Part shown: piece by piece, positions 41,801-53,735 of the stretch
How positions within the stretch are numbered: the first letter of the stretch is position 1
Layout of the letters: each line of letters opens with the position of its first letter
Assembly: GCA_002269645.1 (NCBI GenBank)
Contig: NIVC01000404.1
Coordinates: 62,001 to 126,000, forward strand
DNA length: 64,000 bases
Direction: 5' to 3'
From: Macrostomum lignano
Taxonomy: Eukaryota
The notes under the pieces: generated by a model
The model's database searches: none
What the model was told of the DNA's origin: nothing
The model's input: only the letters and a program-made list of their open reading frames with translations
Position numbers and translations under genes: made by a program

Positions 41801-42736
41801 AAAAGACACCTGCCTTCACAAGACCGAAATTTCCTAAAGCCAAAAGACACCTGCCTTCACAAGACCGAAATTTCCTAAAGCCGAAACTTCATCAGACTGA
41901 AATTTCACGTCGTAGAAAACTTAAAATAACAAGGACCATGCAGAATTTTTGGCGTTGTGAAATTTCAGTCTTATGAAGCCTCCCCTCATTTTACAACTGG
42001 GTGATCTCTGAAACAATTCAGAGTTAAGTGTCTTGCTCAAGGACACAAATTGTTCCGAGTGGGTCGAGAATCGAACCTCCGACCTTTAAGTCGTGATTCC
42101 GACGCTCTAACCATTAGACTACAACCCCCATAGCAACCACCTTTTTCAACTTCCATAAGCAAGCAGTCAAAGACGTAAAAAATCCCTAACCTGAGTATTG
42201 ATCCTCAAAATCGGAGCCTTCATAGTCAACCGATAGACGGGGTCTCCAATCTCTAGATCGAAGTTCATTTCAACGTCTGTTCGCGGATAAATGGCCACTT
42301 TGGCTTCGCCAATACGTCGGAATTGGGCGGTGGTCTCGCTGATGTCGAACGCCTCAATCAGCAGGAATACGTCATGCTTTATATCGTTCTTATTAAATCC
42401 AACTGGCATGTAAAATGAGAATCGAGCGTCTTGCATGTGAAAAACCTCGTCTTGTTGCAACTGGTCGGTCACTTCAGTTCGAGCTTCCGCGCCGAATCGG
42501 AAACCTCGAGTTGGCCGTCCGGTTGGGCCGCCGGATCGAACTCGGAGGCCGCTTAGATCCGAGGTGAACGATGATTGCACGGCTAATCTTAGAAAATATC
42601 GACCGGCATAGTTGAACGACACGTCGTGCAAGGTGATGTCGAATTCTAGGGCCTTCTTTTCAATGGTTCGCCTGCTGGTTATCTGATCCCGTATAGGGTC
42701 GGTAGTTGAAGTGCGCGGCGTTCGAGGAGATGCCAT
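27966..42736 (-). CDS. CCDC33: CCDC33-like C2-domain and coiled-coil protein, ~1053 aa, 10 exons
   Basis: complement(join(27966-28175,30026-30382,31041-31210,32167-32539,34212-34517,35046-35312,35824-36132,37232-37475,40897-41276,42191-42736)); all GT-AG and phase-consistent (3162 nt). C2-like exons ([11 protein letters not shown]; [19 protein letters not shown]; QPFHNYH; [10 protein letters not shown]) plus coiled coil ([31 protein letters not shown]). The last exon is least certain. Confidence 0.8.
28170..28752. repeat. 18/20-bp minisatellite (GGCAACCCACTGAAGATT), CCDC33 intron 9
   Basis: About 30 units; the terminal unit overlaps the splice acceptor. Confidence 0.93.
29170..29890. repeat. 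(CAGTCACT)-based compound repeat with higher-order blocks
   Basis: Directly visible in CCDC33 intron 9. Confidence 0.9.
30610..30915. repeat. 21-bp minisatellite (CTATCTAACACAGAAGCCTCA) with 84-bp higher-order unit
   Basis: The ORF track shows a 28-aa period repeated three times. Confidence 0.9.
31240..32120. repeat. Degenerate ~35-bp repeat (AAATTGGCGGCAACATCAAATAATTGATAAG...) interrupted by a solo LTR
   Basis: Units flank the 31420-31776 insertion on both sides. Confidence 0.8.
31420..31776 (-). mobile_element. Solo LTR (357 bp)
   Basis: TG...CA termini with an exact 5-bp TSD ACATC (31415-31419, 31777-31781). On the minus strand, a TATA-like CTATATATT is followed by a polyA-signal-like AAATACAC. 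Confidence 0.82.
32670..33030. repeat. 26-bp minisatellite (GCGACAACCCACTAGCACTGACGGTA)
   Basis: About 13 units in CCDC33 intron 6; shares the CAACCCACT core with the 28170 array. Confidence 0.9.
33540..34170. repeat. 11-bp minisatellite (ATTCAGGGAAG)
   Basis: Tandem copies in CCDC33 intron 6. Confidence 0.92.
34620..35000. repeat. Degenerate ~140-bp repeat x~3 (GTTTAACTA...TTTTGGCGCC...CATAAAACGTTA)
   Basis: Same ordered motifs recur three times in CCDC33 intron 5. Confidence 0.65.
35405..35815. repeat. (GACA)n microsatellite
   Basis: Fills CCDC33 intron 4, beginning about 8 nt from the donor. Confidence 0.95.
36225..37143. repeat. GA-rich (GATGGAGAGG) minisatellite
   Basis: Fills CCDC33 intron 3. 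Confidence 0.93.
37611..40794. repeat. 23-bp minisatellite (CTAACTGACACTCAC[TGT/CAT]TATCG) x~138
   Basis: 3.2-kb homogeneous array in CCDC33 intron 2. Confidence 0.97.
41511..42129 (-). mobile_element. tRNA-derived SINE, copy 2, split by a MITE
   Basis: Head GGGGGTTGTAGTCTAATGGTTAGAGCG...GGTTCGATTCTCGACCCACTCGGAACAATTTGTGTCCTTGAGCAAGACAC at 42129-42025. The body CATTAGCTGGGGTAATTGAGGGTGTG...CAATAGCT resumes left of 41674 and matches copy 1; ends in ATTATTATT. Confidence 0.85.
41684..41984. mobile_element. MITE (301 bp) with ~39-bp imperfect TIRs and 9-bp TSD
   Basis: TSD CTCATTTTA at 41675-41683 and 41985-41993. TIRs GGGTCGCTTTCACAAGACCGAAATTTCATAACGCCAAAA / GGGAGGCTTCATAAGACTGAAATTTCACAACGCCAAAA. 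Internal 41-bp tandem repeat x~5. Confidence 0.88.
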
Positions 42737-43624
42737 TGCTGTCCGACTTAATTAAACTGGAAATAACAGACTTGACAAGTATATTGAAAGTAATTCGCCT
42801 TTTAATGTATTTCTTGAAACTCCTGAAAAATAAGTAAACAAGTTGGTTGTGTAAAATAGCTTAAAAGTTGTTTCAAAATTATAACCGAAATCCAAACCTA
42901 TCCAAAAACTGGAAAACAATAATTTTATTTTAAATCAATAATTAACGAAATAATAGTGTTCCCTTATTCTCTTACGTCAACAATCAGCAAAAATAATTCA
43001 GATTGAGACAAAAAATTATGGTGTTATTTTCCGTTCCCGGTTACCTGCCTCAAATATAACGTTAACGTGATCGTTTTCTATTGCTCTGAAACATTCCTAT
43101 CGTACTATAAACTTTATCTTATAAATTACTCGTAAATGATAAACGCAGTTCTGAGTGAATAGCGATAATAGCACCTAAGGCACATGTTATTTACAGTGAT
43201 AGCAATAGAAATTTACAGTAGCTATGTCGAATGCGTATCAAAAATAGATAACAGCAAGTATAGAATAAATGAACGATTTTACTGAAAGTTGTATATGTGG
43301 CAGCATCTTAGTATCATAAATGATTCATTCTACAAAAAACTTTATTATGTAAAAAAAACACTTTTTAAATACAAAATAAAATTTAAGAATTGTTTAATCT
43401 GGCAGCTATATTTTATAATTCATATTTTTTGTTAATCTTGTGCACAGGTTCCCCGAAAACTCAATTTTTTGACTGCTGACGACGAAAGCAAGCAAAATCT
43501 AGTAGTAGTACGACGTCGATAGCGTCTCATTATTAACGAGAAGACCCGCTTAAGCAACAGGGCTAATAAGCTTAAATTACACTTACCTATTTCGTTTTTA
43601 TTCTGAATTTAAAAACTAACTACG

Positions 43625-46600
43625 ATGGAATCAGCTGTGCCAGATGCAGTTCAGACGTTTTCTTTGGACAGTAAGTGACCTAATTTAAATTTTGACAGAG
43701 CTGAGAGACTTGTTTCAGTGATAAACTATGTCATGTTCCAGCCTAGTGTTAATGAAACGGTAATTTAGTTTAAATGCTTTAAAATTTTCGCAAGCAGAAA
43801 TAGGTTTTAGACAGAAATATAAACAACAGCTATTATTATTAATTATAGTTTGTTTTTACTATTTGTTAAGTCAATAAAATAAGTCATAATGATAAAAAAT
43901 ACAGTTCACAAATAATATAGCTTTAACTCAAGTCCTAACCAATTGTTATGCATATGCCTAATATATTATTTTTTAGCTTTTTATCTTTTATCTATTGATT
44001 ATAAATAACTCTATTAGCAACACAACCAAAAGTCAAAACTTTTGCAACAATATTTGCAAAACTCAGTCTTGGCTGAGTTTTAAGTAAGTAAATAAGTAGC
44101 CTAAGTAAGTAAGTAAGTAAAATGCACAAGAAAATAATAATAATAATAAGCATACTTTATACTAATTTCACATTGGCCAATGTCTAATTTCTTTTTCTTA
44201 AATTGAATGTTGAAGCCTCTTCACATTACCAATTCGCAATTCTAGAACCAGAATCGGTTTGGATCTTCCAAGAAAAACAGTAGTATAACTATTTAATTCT
44301 ATTAATATTTGACTCCCTTAACAGCCTCAATTTGCACACTTTTTCACTTTCTTCTTGGCAATTTTCATTTAATAATTAAGAGTTTATTGCAAGTATATCC
44401 CTCTAGTTAAGGAGACAAAAGGCTATAATTTACAAATTGGTCCTGGTTCTAGAACCAGAACAAGCAATATGAAGAGCCTCTTGGTTTTGCCTTAGTTTAG
44501 CTTAGCAGGGCCTCAATTAAGATAGAATTTCTTATATAAAATCCTAAATCTATTCTATGTACACTAACTTGTAAATGCAAAAATTTCAGGCAAATTTATT
44601 TAATTCTCAATGATTTTTATGCTAAGTTTTTTTGTGCAAAAATTGCTTATTTGAAAATGCTCTATATTGGCAATAAGGATTGGACAATAGGCCTATCATA
44701 TTTTTGAGACTTGAAATCTAGTACTTTTGAGACAATCAAAATTCAATAAAGATTCATAAGCCTAATTAGCATCTAGTAGGTGTATTTGTATTATTCTATC
44801 TAGTATGTTAATATTGTCATTTGTTAAATATATACTATGATAATAATAAAAGAAAAAACAATCGTTATATAATATTGAGCTTGATGGTAAGTTGATATAT
44901 CAAATATATATATGATAATATCATAGTCACCAATAATCACATAGTCAAACATCTTGATTTTTAAAAAAAAATTTAAAATAGAGATTGAGATTTAAATAGT
45001 TCTAAGATCTTGACAATTTGAGATCAAGATCTTGTCTGTCCCCTAATTGGCCATATTATTATACTCATTATAGTAAAAAAGTTATTGCATTTTAAAAGAA
45101 AACCACTAAGCAGTATATTAGTATTAAAGAAAGAATATTAAATAATTTTTAGGTATTCACTTTAACTTTATATGGAAAAACCTATAAAAGTTGCTCAAAA
45201 AATTAAAGTGCCAAAAAACTTCTATTTTAAAATTGCCATGCAAAAATTCTATTCTATGTAAGACCATAGAGGAGTGATAAATATGACTTAGTATATTAAA
45301 AGTTATTGATAGTTTCTTGATTAAAGGCAATAATTAAAGGCAATAACCTTAACTTAATCTTTAACTTAAAAGTAAAGGAAAAGAATTCAAATTTATCTAA
45401 TATAAAAGGTTGGTTAAAAGTAGAAAAATGTTTCTTTATTTATACTAAGTAGGAATTTGATTCCTAGTACTATTAGTACTAGTATAGAATGTCTGGTATA
45501 TTTTGCCAATAACTAATAACAAGTTTTGTGTAATATTATAATTGTTATATAACTTATTATTTAATAGAAATGTTTTCAATTTTTGATTTATAGATCAGTG
45601 TAAATATAAAGATATTACTAAATAAACCTTATAAAGTATATAATATAATATATAATAAATGTATTGAATTGATTTTAAAAAGAATTAATTTAAGTTAATA
45701 TTAAATAAAATTTAGTTTTTAACTTTTTATTGTTAAAATTAGGCCTAACTGTTATCAAAAGGGCAAATACTTTACTAAAAAGCAATAGCTTCAAAATTAT
45801 AATTGTAGGTTTCAGGTACTATATATATATACATATCTAATGCATAATATATATTAGGATGCTCATAGATGCTCATTGACTATATTATTAAGGCTAAATG
45901 CCTTGTCATCTAATTATTACTGTTTGTTTTTGGGTAGAGATTTTTGGGCCACTTGCCCAAAACATTTCCTATTTGTGAATTTTCCAAGTTGTGAAGATTC
46001 CATCCAAGTTGTTAAGTTTCTAAGATGTAAAGATTCTAGGTTTTGAAGATTGAGTTATAAAGATTCCAAGATGGGTAGATTCCAATCTGTGAAGATTTCC
46101 AGTTGTGAAGATTCCCAGTTGTAAATATTTTATCCAAGTTGTGAAGATTCAAAGTTGTGAGGATTCCAGGTTGTGAAGATTCCAATTTGTGAAGATTTCA
46201 AGTTGTGAAGATCCAAGTTGTGAAGATTCTAAGTTGTGAAGATTCCAAGTTGTGAAGACTTCAAGTTGTGAAGACTTCAAGTTGGGAAGATTCCAAGTTG
46301 TAAAGATTCCAGGTGGTAAAGATTCCAGGTGGTAAAGATTCCAGGTGGTAAAGATTCCAAGTTGTGAAGATTCCAAGTTGTGAAGATTCTAAATTGTAAA
46401 GATTTCATCCAAGTTGTGAAGATTCCAAGTTGTGAAGACTTCAAGTTGTGAAGATTCCAGATTTATGAAGATTCCAAGTTGTAAAGATTCCAGGTGGTAA
46501 AGATTCCAGGTGGTAAAGATTCCAGGTGGTAAAGATTCCAGGTGGTAAAGATTCCAGGTGGTAAAGATTCCAGGTGGTAAAGATTCCAGGTGGTAAAGAT

Positions 46601-49600
46601 TCCAGGTGGTAAAGATTCCAGGTGGTAAAGATTCCATGTTGTGAAGATTCCAAGTTGTGAAGACTTCAAGTTGTGAAGATTCCAGATTTATGAAGATTCC
46701 AAGTTGTAAAGATTCCAGGTGGTAAAGATTCCAGGTGGTAAAGATTCCAGGTGGTAAAGATTCCAGGTGGTAAAGATTCCAGGTGGTAAAGATTCCAGGT
46801 GGTAAAGATTCCAGGTGGTAAAGATTCCAGGTGGTAAAGATTCCAGGTGGTAAAGATTCCATGTTGTGAAGATTCCAGGTGGTAAAGATTCCAGGTGGTA
46901 AAGATTCCAGGTGGTAAAGATTCCAGGTGGTAAAGATTCCAGGTGGTAAAGATTCCAGGTGGTAAAGATTCCAGGTGGTAAAGATTCCAGGTGGTAAAGA
47001 TTCCAGGTGGTAAAGATTCCAGGTGGTAAAGATTCCATGTTGTGAAGATTCCAAGTTGTGAAGACTTCAAGTTGTGAAGATTCCAGATTGGGAAGATTCC
47101 AAGTTGTAAAGATTCCAGGTTGTGGAGTTTTGAAAGTTGTAACTTCTGGGTCCTCAAGAAAGGACACCACATATAGAAAGCCAAAGCCTCCCTTTTATAC
47201 ACACAAAATCCACCCACCTCCCCTCTGCCCCTCAAGTCCTGGCCACAGTTCGCGACGCCCAGCAACAGCACGGTCTACGACACGGCGACTACCAGCGCTA
47301 CCGTCAATACTGCAGTCGCCGTCTTGCTCGCCTACGAAAATCATTGAAACTGCCAGCCGGGGATCGGCGTAAAGTCCACCGGAAACCGCTGACCCCGGAA
47401 GCTATCAAGTTCGATCGGTGCCTACAAATTCCTCTATTCGAAGCTGAACGACTGTGGGCCTACGCTATGCAATTGAAATCCGAGGCTAACACTGATCAGA
47501 GGAAAAAGTTTAGCCAATTCTCCAAGTTAAAGAAGGCCGCCCGGCATGCCAATTTGTTGGAGACGCTGTGCGCCGCTAAAGCTGATGCTAAGACTAAATT
47601 GGAGGCTCAGGTAGGCTATTCTGCGTATAATGTGTGGGATTTGAAGGAATATTGGATTTTGGGATTTAAAATAGAAGGGATTTAATGGAATATGGGATCA
47701 AGGGATTTTAAAATAGAAGGGATTTAATGGAATATGGGATCAAGGGATTTTAAAATAGAAGGGATTTAATGGATTAGGGGATCAAGGGATTTTAAAATAA
47801 ATGGGATTTAATGGAATAGGGGATCAAAGGGATTTTAAATGAATAGGATTTAATTGAATAGGGGATCAAAGGGATTTTAAATGAATAGGATTTAATTGAA
47901 TAGGGGATCAAAGGGATTTTAAATGAATAGGATTTAATTGAATAGGGGATAGAGGGATTTTAAATAAATGGGATTTAATTGAATAGGGGATCAAAGGGAT
48001 TTTAAATGAATAGGATTTAATTGAATAGGGGATCAAAGGGATTTTAAATGAATAGGATTTAATTGAATAGGGGATCAAAGGGATTTTAAATGAATAGGAT
48101 TTAATTGAATAGGGGATCAAAGGGATTTTAAATGAATAGGATTTAATTGAATAGGGGATCAAAGGGATTTTAAATGAATAGGATTTAATTGAATAGGGGA
48201 TCAAAGGGATTTTAAATGAATAGGATTTAATTGAATAGGGGATCAAAGGGATTTTAAATGAATAGGATTTAATTGAATAGGGGATCAAAGGGATTTTAAA
48301 TGAATAGGATTTAATTGAATAGGGGATCAAAGGGATTTTAAATGAATAGGATTTAATTGAATAGGGGATCAAAGGGATTTTAAATGAATAGGATTTAATT
48401 GAATAGGGGATCAAAGGGATTTTAAATGAATAGGATTTAATTGAATAGGGGATCAAAGGGATTTTAAATGAATAGGATTTAATTGAATAGGGGATCAAAG
48501 GGATTTTAAATGAATAGGATTTAATTGAATAGGGGATCAAAGGGATTTTAAATGAATAGGATTTCATTGAATAGGGGATCAAAGGGATTTTAAATGAATA
48601 GGATTTCATTGAATAGGGGATCAAAGGGATTTTAAAATGAATGGGATTTAATGGACTATGGGATCCAAGGGATTTTAAAAGGAACTATCATAAATTAATC
48701 CACACGGATAATCTCTCACACACACAGGCCTATCTAGCCGCTATGCAAGGCACCCTGCTGTTCGAGCTAGAGAAATGGCCGGAGGCCGGTGCTCACCTGC
48801 AAGGCGCAGTTGACCTGTACACCAGCCTGGCCGGCGCGGCGCATCAACTGCCAGAAGACGCGGCGGTGTACACAGCTAAAGCTGACGAGCTGCGTCCCCA
48901 ATTGCGCTATTGCGCCTACAATATTGGCGACGCTACGGCTGTTGAAGATCTGCGAGCGATGCGACTGCGCCAGATTGGCGGCGACGATGGTGCTAGCGAC
49001 GAGATTGACAGCTTGCTGGCGCAGACGCGATCCGATAGTCGGGCTGTGTGCGAAGTTGTGTGGCAGGGTGAAACTGTGCTGGTGAGGCCGCCGAAGCTGC
49101 GAGCTCTGGTGGCTGCTTTGGAGGAGCTGCGATTGGAGGCTGATAAAGCTGAGACTGATGAAGCTCAGATTAGCATTCAGGTTGGCTTGTACGGCTTTTA
49201 TATCACCTTTGGTATCTTTTATGACATTTGGGATCTTTTATATGACCTTTGGGATTTTTTCTGATACCTTTGCGATCTTTTATGGGACATTTGGGATCTT
49301 TTCTGGGACCTTTGCGATCTTTTATGGGACCTCTGGGATCTTTTATGGGACCTTTGGGATCTTTTATGGGACCTTTGCGATCTTTTATGGGACATTTGGG
49401 ATCTCTTCTGGGACCTTTGCGATCTTTTATGGGACCTCTGGGATCTTTTATGGGACCTTTGCGATCTTTTATGGGACCTCTGGGATCTTTTATGGGACCT
49501 TTGGGATCTTTTCTGGGACCTTTGCGATCTTTTATATGACCTTTCGGATCTTTTATGGGACCTTTGTGATTTTATATGACCTTTGGGATCTTTTATGGAA

Positions 49601-51288
49601 TGTTTGGGATCTTTTATATGACCTTTAGGATCTTTTATATGACCTTTAGGATCTTTTATATGACCTTTAGGATCTTTTATATGACCTTTAGGATCTTTTA
49701 TATGACCTTTAGTATCTTTTATATGACCTTTAGGATCTTTTATATGACCTTTAGGATCTTTTATATGACCTTTAGGATCTTTTATATGACCTTTAGGATC
49801 TTTTATATGACCTTTAGGATCTTTTTAGGACATATGGGATCTTTTATGGAGCCTTTGGATCTTTCATAAAAACTTGTGGATCTTTCAAGTACTTATATTC
49901 GGGACCTTCAATAGCGGACCTTCGAGATCTTTCAATTTTCGGGTTTTCCAAGTCTTGCAATGATAAATGTGCTTTTGGATTGCAATTTAATACACTAATA
50001 ATGACCGCGCTTACTAATTATTACTCTTGATTCCAGGAAAGCCTGATCAAACGCGCCGGCGAAGGCGTACGCGAAGCCCAATCGGAGCCCCGGCTGCAGG
50101 CCTGGGTGGCGCACACGAAACTGCGCGCAACAATTAGACGCAATCTGCTGCTGGCCGCCGGCAGCGGCAGGAAGCCCACGGAGTTGGCCAGGCTGTACGA
50201 GGCGGTGACGCAGACGCTGGCAGATCTGCAGCAGCTGTGCCAGGTGAGCTCAAAGTACAATTAGTCTTTTGTGCTCGTAGACTGTGTATTTCATTTTATC
50301 TGGACCTCATAAATATTAAAGATATCGCTGCGTCTCTATATGCTCGACAGATAAAATATTCTTTTACTGCATACACCCTCCCAGATCCTTAGTTGCTGGG
50401 CGAGCCTCCCGGATCCTCAGTTGCTGGGCCAGCCTCCCGGATCCTCAATTGCTGGCCCAGCCTCCCAGATCCTCAGTTGCTGGGCCACTAGCCTCCCAGA
50501 TCCTCAGTTGCAGGGCCAGCCTCCCAGATCCTCAGTTCCTGGGCCACCAGCCTCCCAGATCCTCAGTTGCTGGTCCAGCCTCCCAGATCCTCAGTTGCTG
50601 GGCCAGCCTCCCAGATCCTCAGTTGCTGGGCCAGCCTCCCAGATCCCCATCCTCTCTCCTAAATCCACAGGCGGGAGACACAGCCACCCAGGCTGAGCTG
50701 GCGGCCCAGCTGGCGCTCTACCGGGCTCACAAATGCCACCAACTGTCGCGGGCTCATTTCGCGGCCAAACGACTGCCGGAATGCCTGGCCCTGCTGCAGC
50801 GCTGCCTTCGCTACTGCAAGCAGGCTCGAGATGCTCGGGGCGCTCTCACAGCCGAAGAGCAGGAAGCTGCAGAAGAATTGGCTCGCAAAGCCGAAGGCGA
50901 TCAGTACTCGTGTCGGGCTGCCGCTCTGCTATCTACTGAGGATGCCAACGTCGGCGAAACCGACGGTCAGTTTGACTTCGCTGAACTGCAGGCCGGGGCC
51001 TCGTCTAAGTCGACATCATCTTCGTCGAAGCGTCAAACTGCAGTGCCTCAGCTGATCACTTTGCCGCCGGAGTTTGTGCCCACGCCGGCTAAGCCGATAT
51101 TCTTCGATTTGGCTTTGAACCATGTGCAGTGTCCGGACTTGACTGACAAGCTGCCCAGAGAGGCTAAGGGCGGTAAGGCGGCTGCGGCTTCAACGGCAGC
51201 GGCGACTGCGACGCCAGCGGCTCAAAGCGGCGGCGGCGGCATATCTGGCTTTGTCAAAGGCTGGCTGTCCTGGGGTGGCAAGAAGTAG
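43625..51288 (+). CDS. SRP68: Signal recognition particle subunit SRP68, ~565 aa, 5 exons
   Basis: join(43625-43670,47237-47610,48728-49180,50037-50243,50671-51288), phase-consistent (1698 nt). FSLDI|LATVRDAQQQHGLRHGDYQRYRQYCSRRL, EAERLWAYAMQLK, RYCAYNIGD, KPTELARLY, PAKPIFFDLALNHV and C-terminal GISGFVKGWLSWGGKK are SRP68 hallmarks. Confidence 0.96.
45975..47130. repeat. 16-bp minisatellite (GTAAAGATTCCAGGTG), SRP68 intron 1
   Basis: Tandem copies with block duplications. Confidence 0.94.
47635..48680. repeat. 42-bp minisatellite (GGGGATCAAAGGGATTTTAAATGAATAGGATTTAATTGAATA), SRP68 intron 2
   Basis: About 24 units; 14-aa period in the artefact ORF. Confidence 0.95.
49195..49870. repeat. 21-bp minisatellite (TTTATATGACCTTTAGGATCT), SRP68 intron 3
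   Basis: About 30 units; 7-aa period in artefact ORFs. Confidence 0.93.
50378..50645 (+). repeat. 28-bp minisatellite family A, copy 2 (SRP68 intron 4)
   Basis: Same unit as 11430-11700. Confidence 0.93.
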
Positions 51289-51365
51289 TTGGAGAGAAGT
51301 GTTATTGCACCTTTTATTTACCCCTAACTTTAAGCGTAGGATTTGGATTCCGTCCCGGCTGGGAA

Positions 51366-51970
51366 TTCAGTTTGGCTTGGCGGGGGAGTAAAAAACACGC
51401 GGAGGTGGGTGTTGGGTCAGCCTCAGTTTGGCTTGGCGGGGGAGTAAAAAACACGCGGAGGTGGGTGTTGGTTCAGCCTCAGTTTGGCTTGGCGGGGGAG
51501 TAAAAAACACGCGGAGGTGGGTGTTGGTTCAGCCTCAGTTTGGCTTGGCGGGGGAGTAATAAACAAGCAGAGGTGGGTGTTGGGTCAGCCTCAGTTTGGC
51601 TTGGCGGAGCGGAGTAATAAACAAGCAGTGGTGGGTGTTGGGTCAGCCTCAGTTTGGCTTGGCGGAGCGGAGTAATAAACAAGCAGTGGTGGGTGTTGGG
51701 TCAGCCTCAGTTTGGCTTGGCGGAGCGGAGTAATAAACAAGCAGTGGTGGGTGTTGGGTCAGCCTCAGTTTGGCTTGGCGGAGCGGAGTAATAAACAAGC
51801 AGTGGGGGGTGTTGGGTCAGCCTCAGTTTGGCTTGGCGGAGCGGAGTAATAAACAAGCAGTGGTGGGTGTTGGGTCAGCCTCAGTTTGGCTTGGCGGAGC
51901 GGAGTAATAAACAAGCAGTGGGGGGTGTTGGGTCAGCCTCAGTTTGGCTTGGCGGGGGAGTAATAAAAAG
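51366..51970 (+). repeat. ~53-55 bp minisatellite family B (GGTGGGTGTTGGGTCAGCCTCAGTTTGGCTTGGCGGAGCGGAGTAATAAACAAGCAG)
   Basis: About 11 units starting ~80 bp after the SRP68 stop; a related array lies in the GOSR2 intron. Confidence 0.93.
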
Positions 51971-52737
51971 CCGGAGTGGGGTGGGTGCTCTATTTTAAGC
52001 TTGTCGGAGTTGGATGGGTGCTTATCTAGGCTGTCTGAACTGCTAAAGGAGCAATGTGTAAATTGATTCCTTAATACAATGTTCATCCATCTTTTTTGAA
52101 AACGGAGGTAAAAAAGGTGCAGTTGAATTCTGAGATTTAAACAAATTGGAATAGACTCAGTTAACTGTTTTTGTTTTAGACTGACTGATTTCCGTTGTGT
52201 CGTTTGTTATTGTTGTGAACTGCTCTTGCTGTTGTTGTGTTGGTTGGTCTCAACTCTCTATATCTATTTGCTATATAATCCACCCCTTAGACGTTTAGTC
52301 GGCGTCATTATTATTATTACGTTACTCAAAGTAAAAAATAATTTATCTTATTAAAAAACTTGGACAGGTTAAAATCGCATTGTTCATTCGCCTATTACGA
52401 AGTCTGTGTTTTTAGTGCGAGGGTCATTTTTTCGTTTCGTTTCTCTTCTCGTGTGTTTTGAAATTATAATTAACCATAAAAATGTTATTCCTAATGAGAG
52501 ATGTTTTTTTGGTGCCTGGGAAACTTAAATATATAATATACAAGTTACTGTTTATGATTTTTTCTTTCTGGAACGGATTGTGGCTTACGAGTTTTTTTAT
52601 TTTTTTTTCATATGATTAGCAGCAGCCAGTAGGGTAGAAGTTAGAAATACGTAAGTGTATAATCTAATGTGTATAACTTAAACAAAACTATATTGTTGAA
52701 TTCATGTTGTTAGACAGACAAAAGAGAAGCCCACCAA

Positions 52738-53735
52738 ATGAGCATTGATCAGCAATTTCAACAGACGTCTCGATTAATCCGAGAAATCGAAGCCGCCCTA
52801 CAACGAGTCGAACAAAGTCCACAGGACGCCGCCCCGGCCGCCGAACGCGAGGCCCAATGCTTAATAGATCGATTCTGTTCCGAATGCGACAGGCTCGATA
52901 TTCTTGTTGGCAAACAGCCGGCAGTGCGTAGGCAGCAGGCTAAATTGCGTGCCGATCAATTTCGTTACGATTGTCAGCATTTGCAGGCTAGTCTGAGACA
53001 ACTGCAGCATAGGCGGTGAGCGGAGCGGAGTGGGTGTTGGTTCTGTCTGAGTTTGGCTTGGCGGGGGTAATAAACATGCGGAGTGGGTGGGTGTTGGTTC
53101 TGTCTCAGTTTGGCTTGGCGGGGGTAATAAACAGGCGGAGCGGAGTGGGTGTTGGTTCTGTCTGAGTTTGGCTTGGCGGGGGTAATAAACATGCGGAGTG
53201 GGTGGGTGTTAGTTCTGTCTGAGTTTGGCTTGGCGGGTGTAATAAACAGGCGGAGTGGTGTCGGTGTAAGGTTCTGTCTCAGTTGTACTTGGCGGTCAAT
53301 AAAACAGTTAAAATGGGGTGGGTGATTAGATTAATAACTCAATCCCACGCCTTATCTACCCGAAATTTCAGCGTCGCCCGCGAGAACGAGGAGCGCGAAC
53401 GCGAGGCTCTATTGCGTACTTCATTTACGCCAAACGACTCTACTTCGGTGCTAATCGATCGCTCACTGGCTCACAATGACAGTTTAAATACCGCTAATAA
53501 GCGAGTAGACGATATGCTAGCGCAGGGCCGTTCAGTGCTAGACAATTTGGGCGATCAGCGGGCAATGCTGAAACGAGCGCATCGCGGCATGCTGGGCGTG
53601 CTTAACACCCTGGGCTTGTCGGGCACTCTGATGCGACTAATTGAACGCCGAGGGTCGCAGGACAAAGCTCTATTTTTTGTTGGCTGTTTTGTCACCCTGT
53701 TGATTATGTTTTTAGTGTGGCGGCACTATAGCTAA
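52738..53735 (+). CDS. GOSR2: Golgi SNAP receptor complex member 2 (membrin/GS27), 213 aa, 2 exons
   Basis: join(52738-53015,53372-53735), phase 2 (CG|GTGAGC ... TTTCAG|C). RQQAKLRADQFRYDCQHLQ, EREALL.TSFTPND.TSV.ID, Qb-SNARE (VDDMLAQGRSVLDNLGDQRAMLK..LNTLGLSGTLMRLIERR) and a C-terminal TM. Confidence 0.94.
53016..53285 (+). repeat. Family B-related minisatellite in the GOSR2 intron
   Basis: Shares CAGTTTGGCTTGGCGGGG..TAATAAAC with 51366-51970; starts at the donor. Confidence 0.9.

Noticed and set aside
51288-52738. SRP68-GOSR2 trans-spliced operon
   Set aside because: The 1.45-kb gap contains its own CpG-rich promoter-like patch, and no spliced-leader evidence can be read from DNA.
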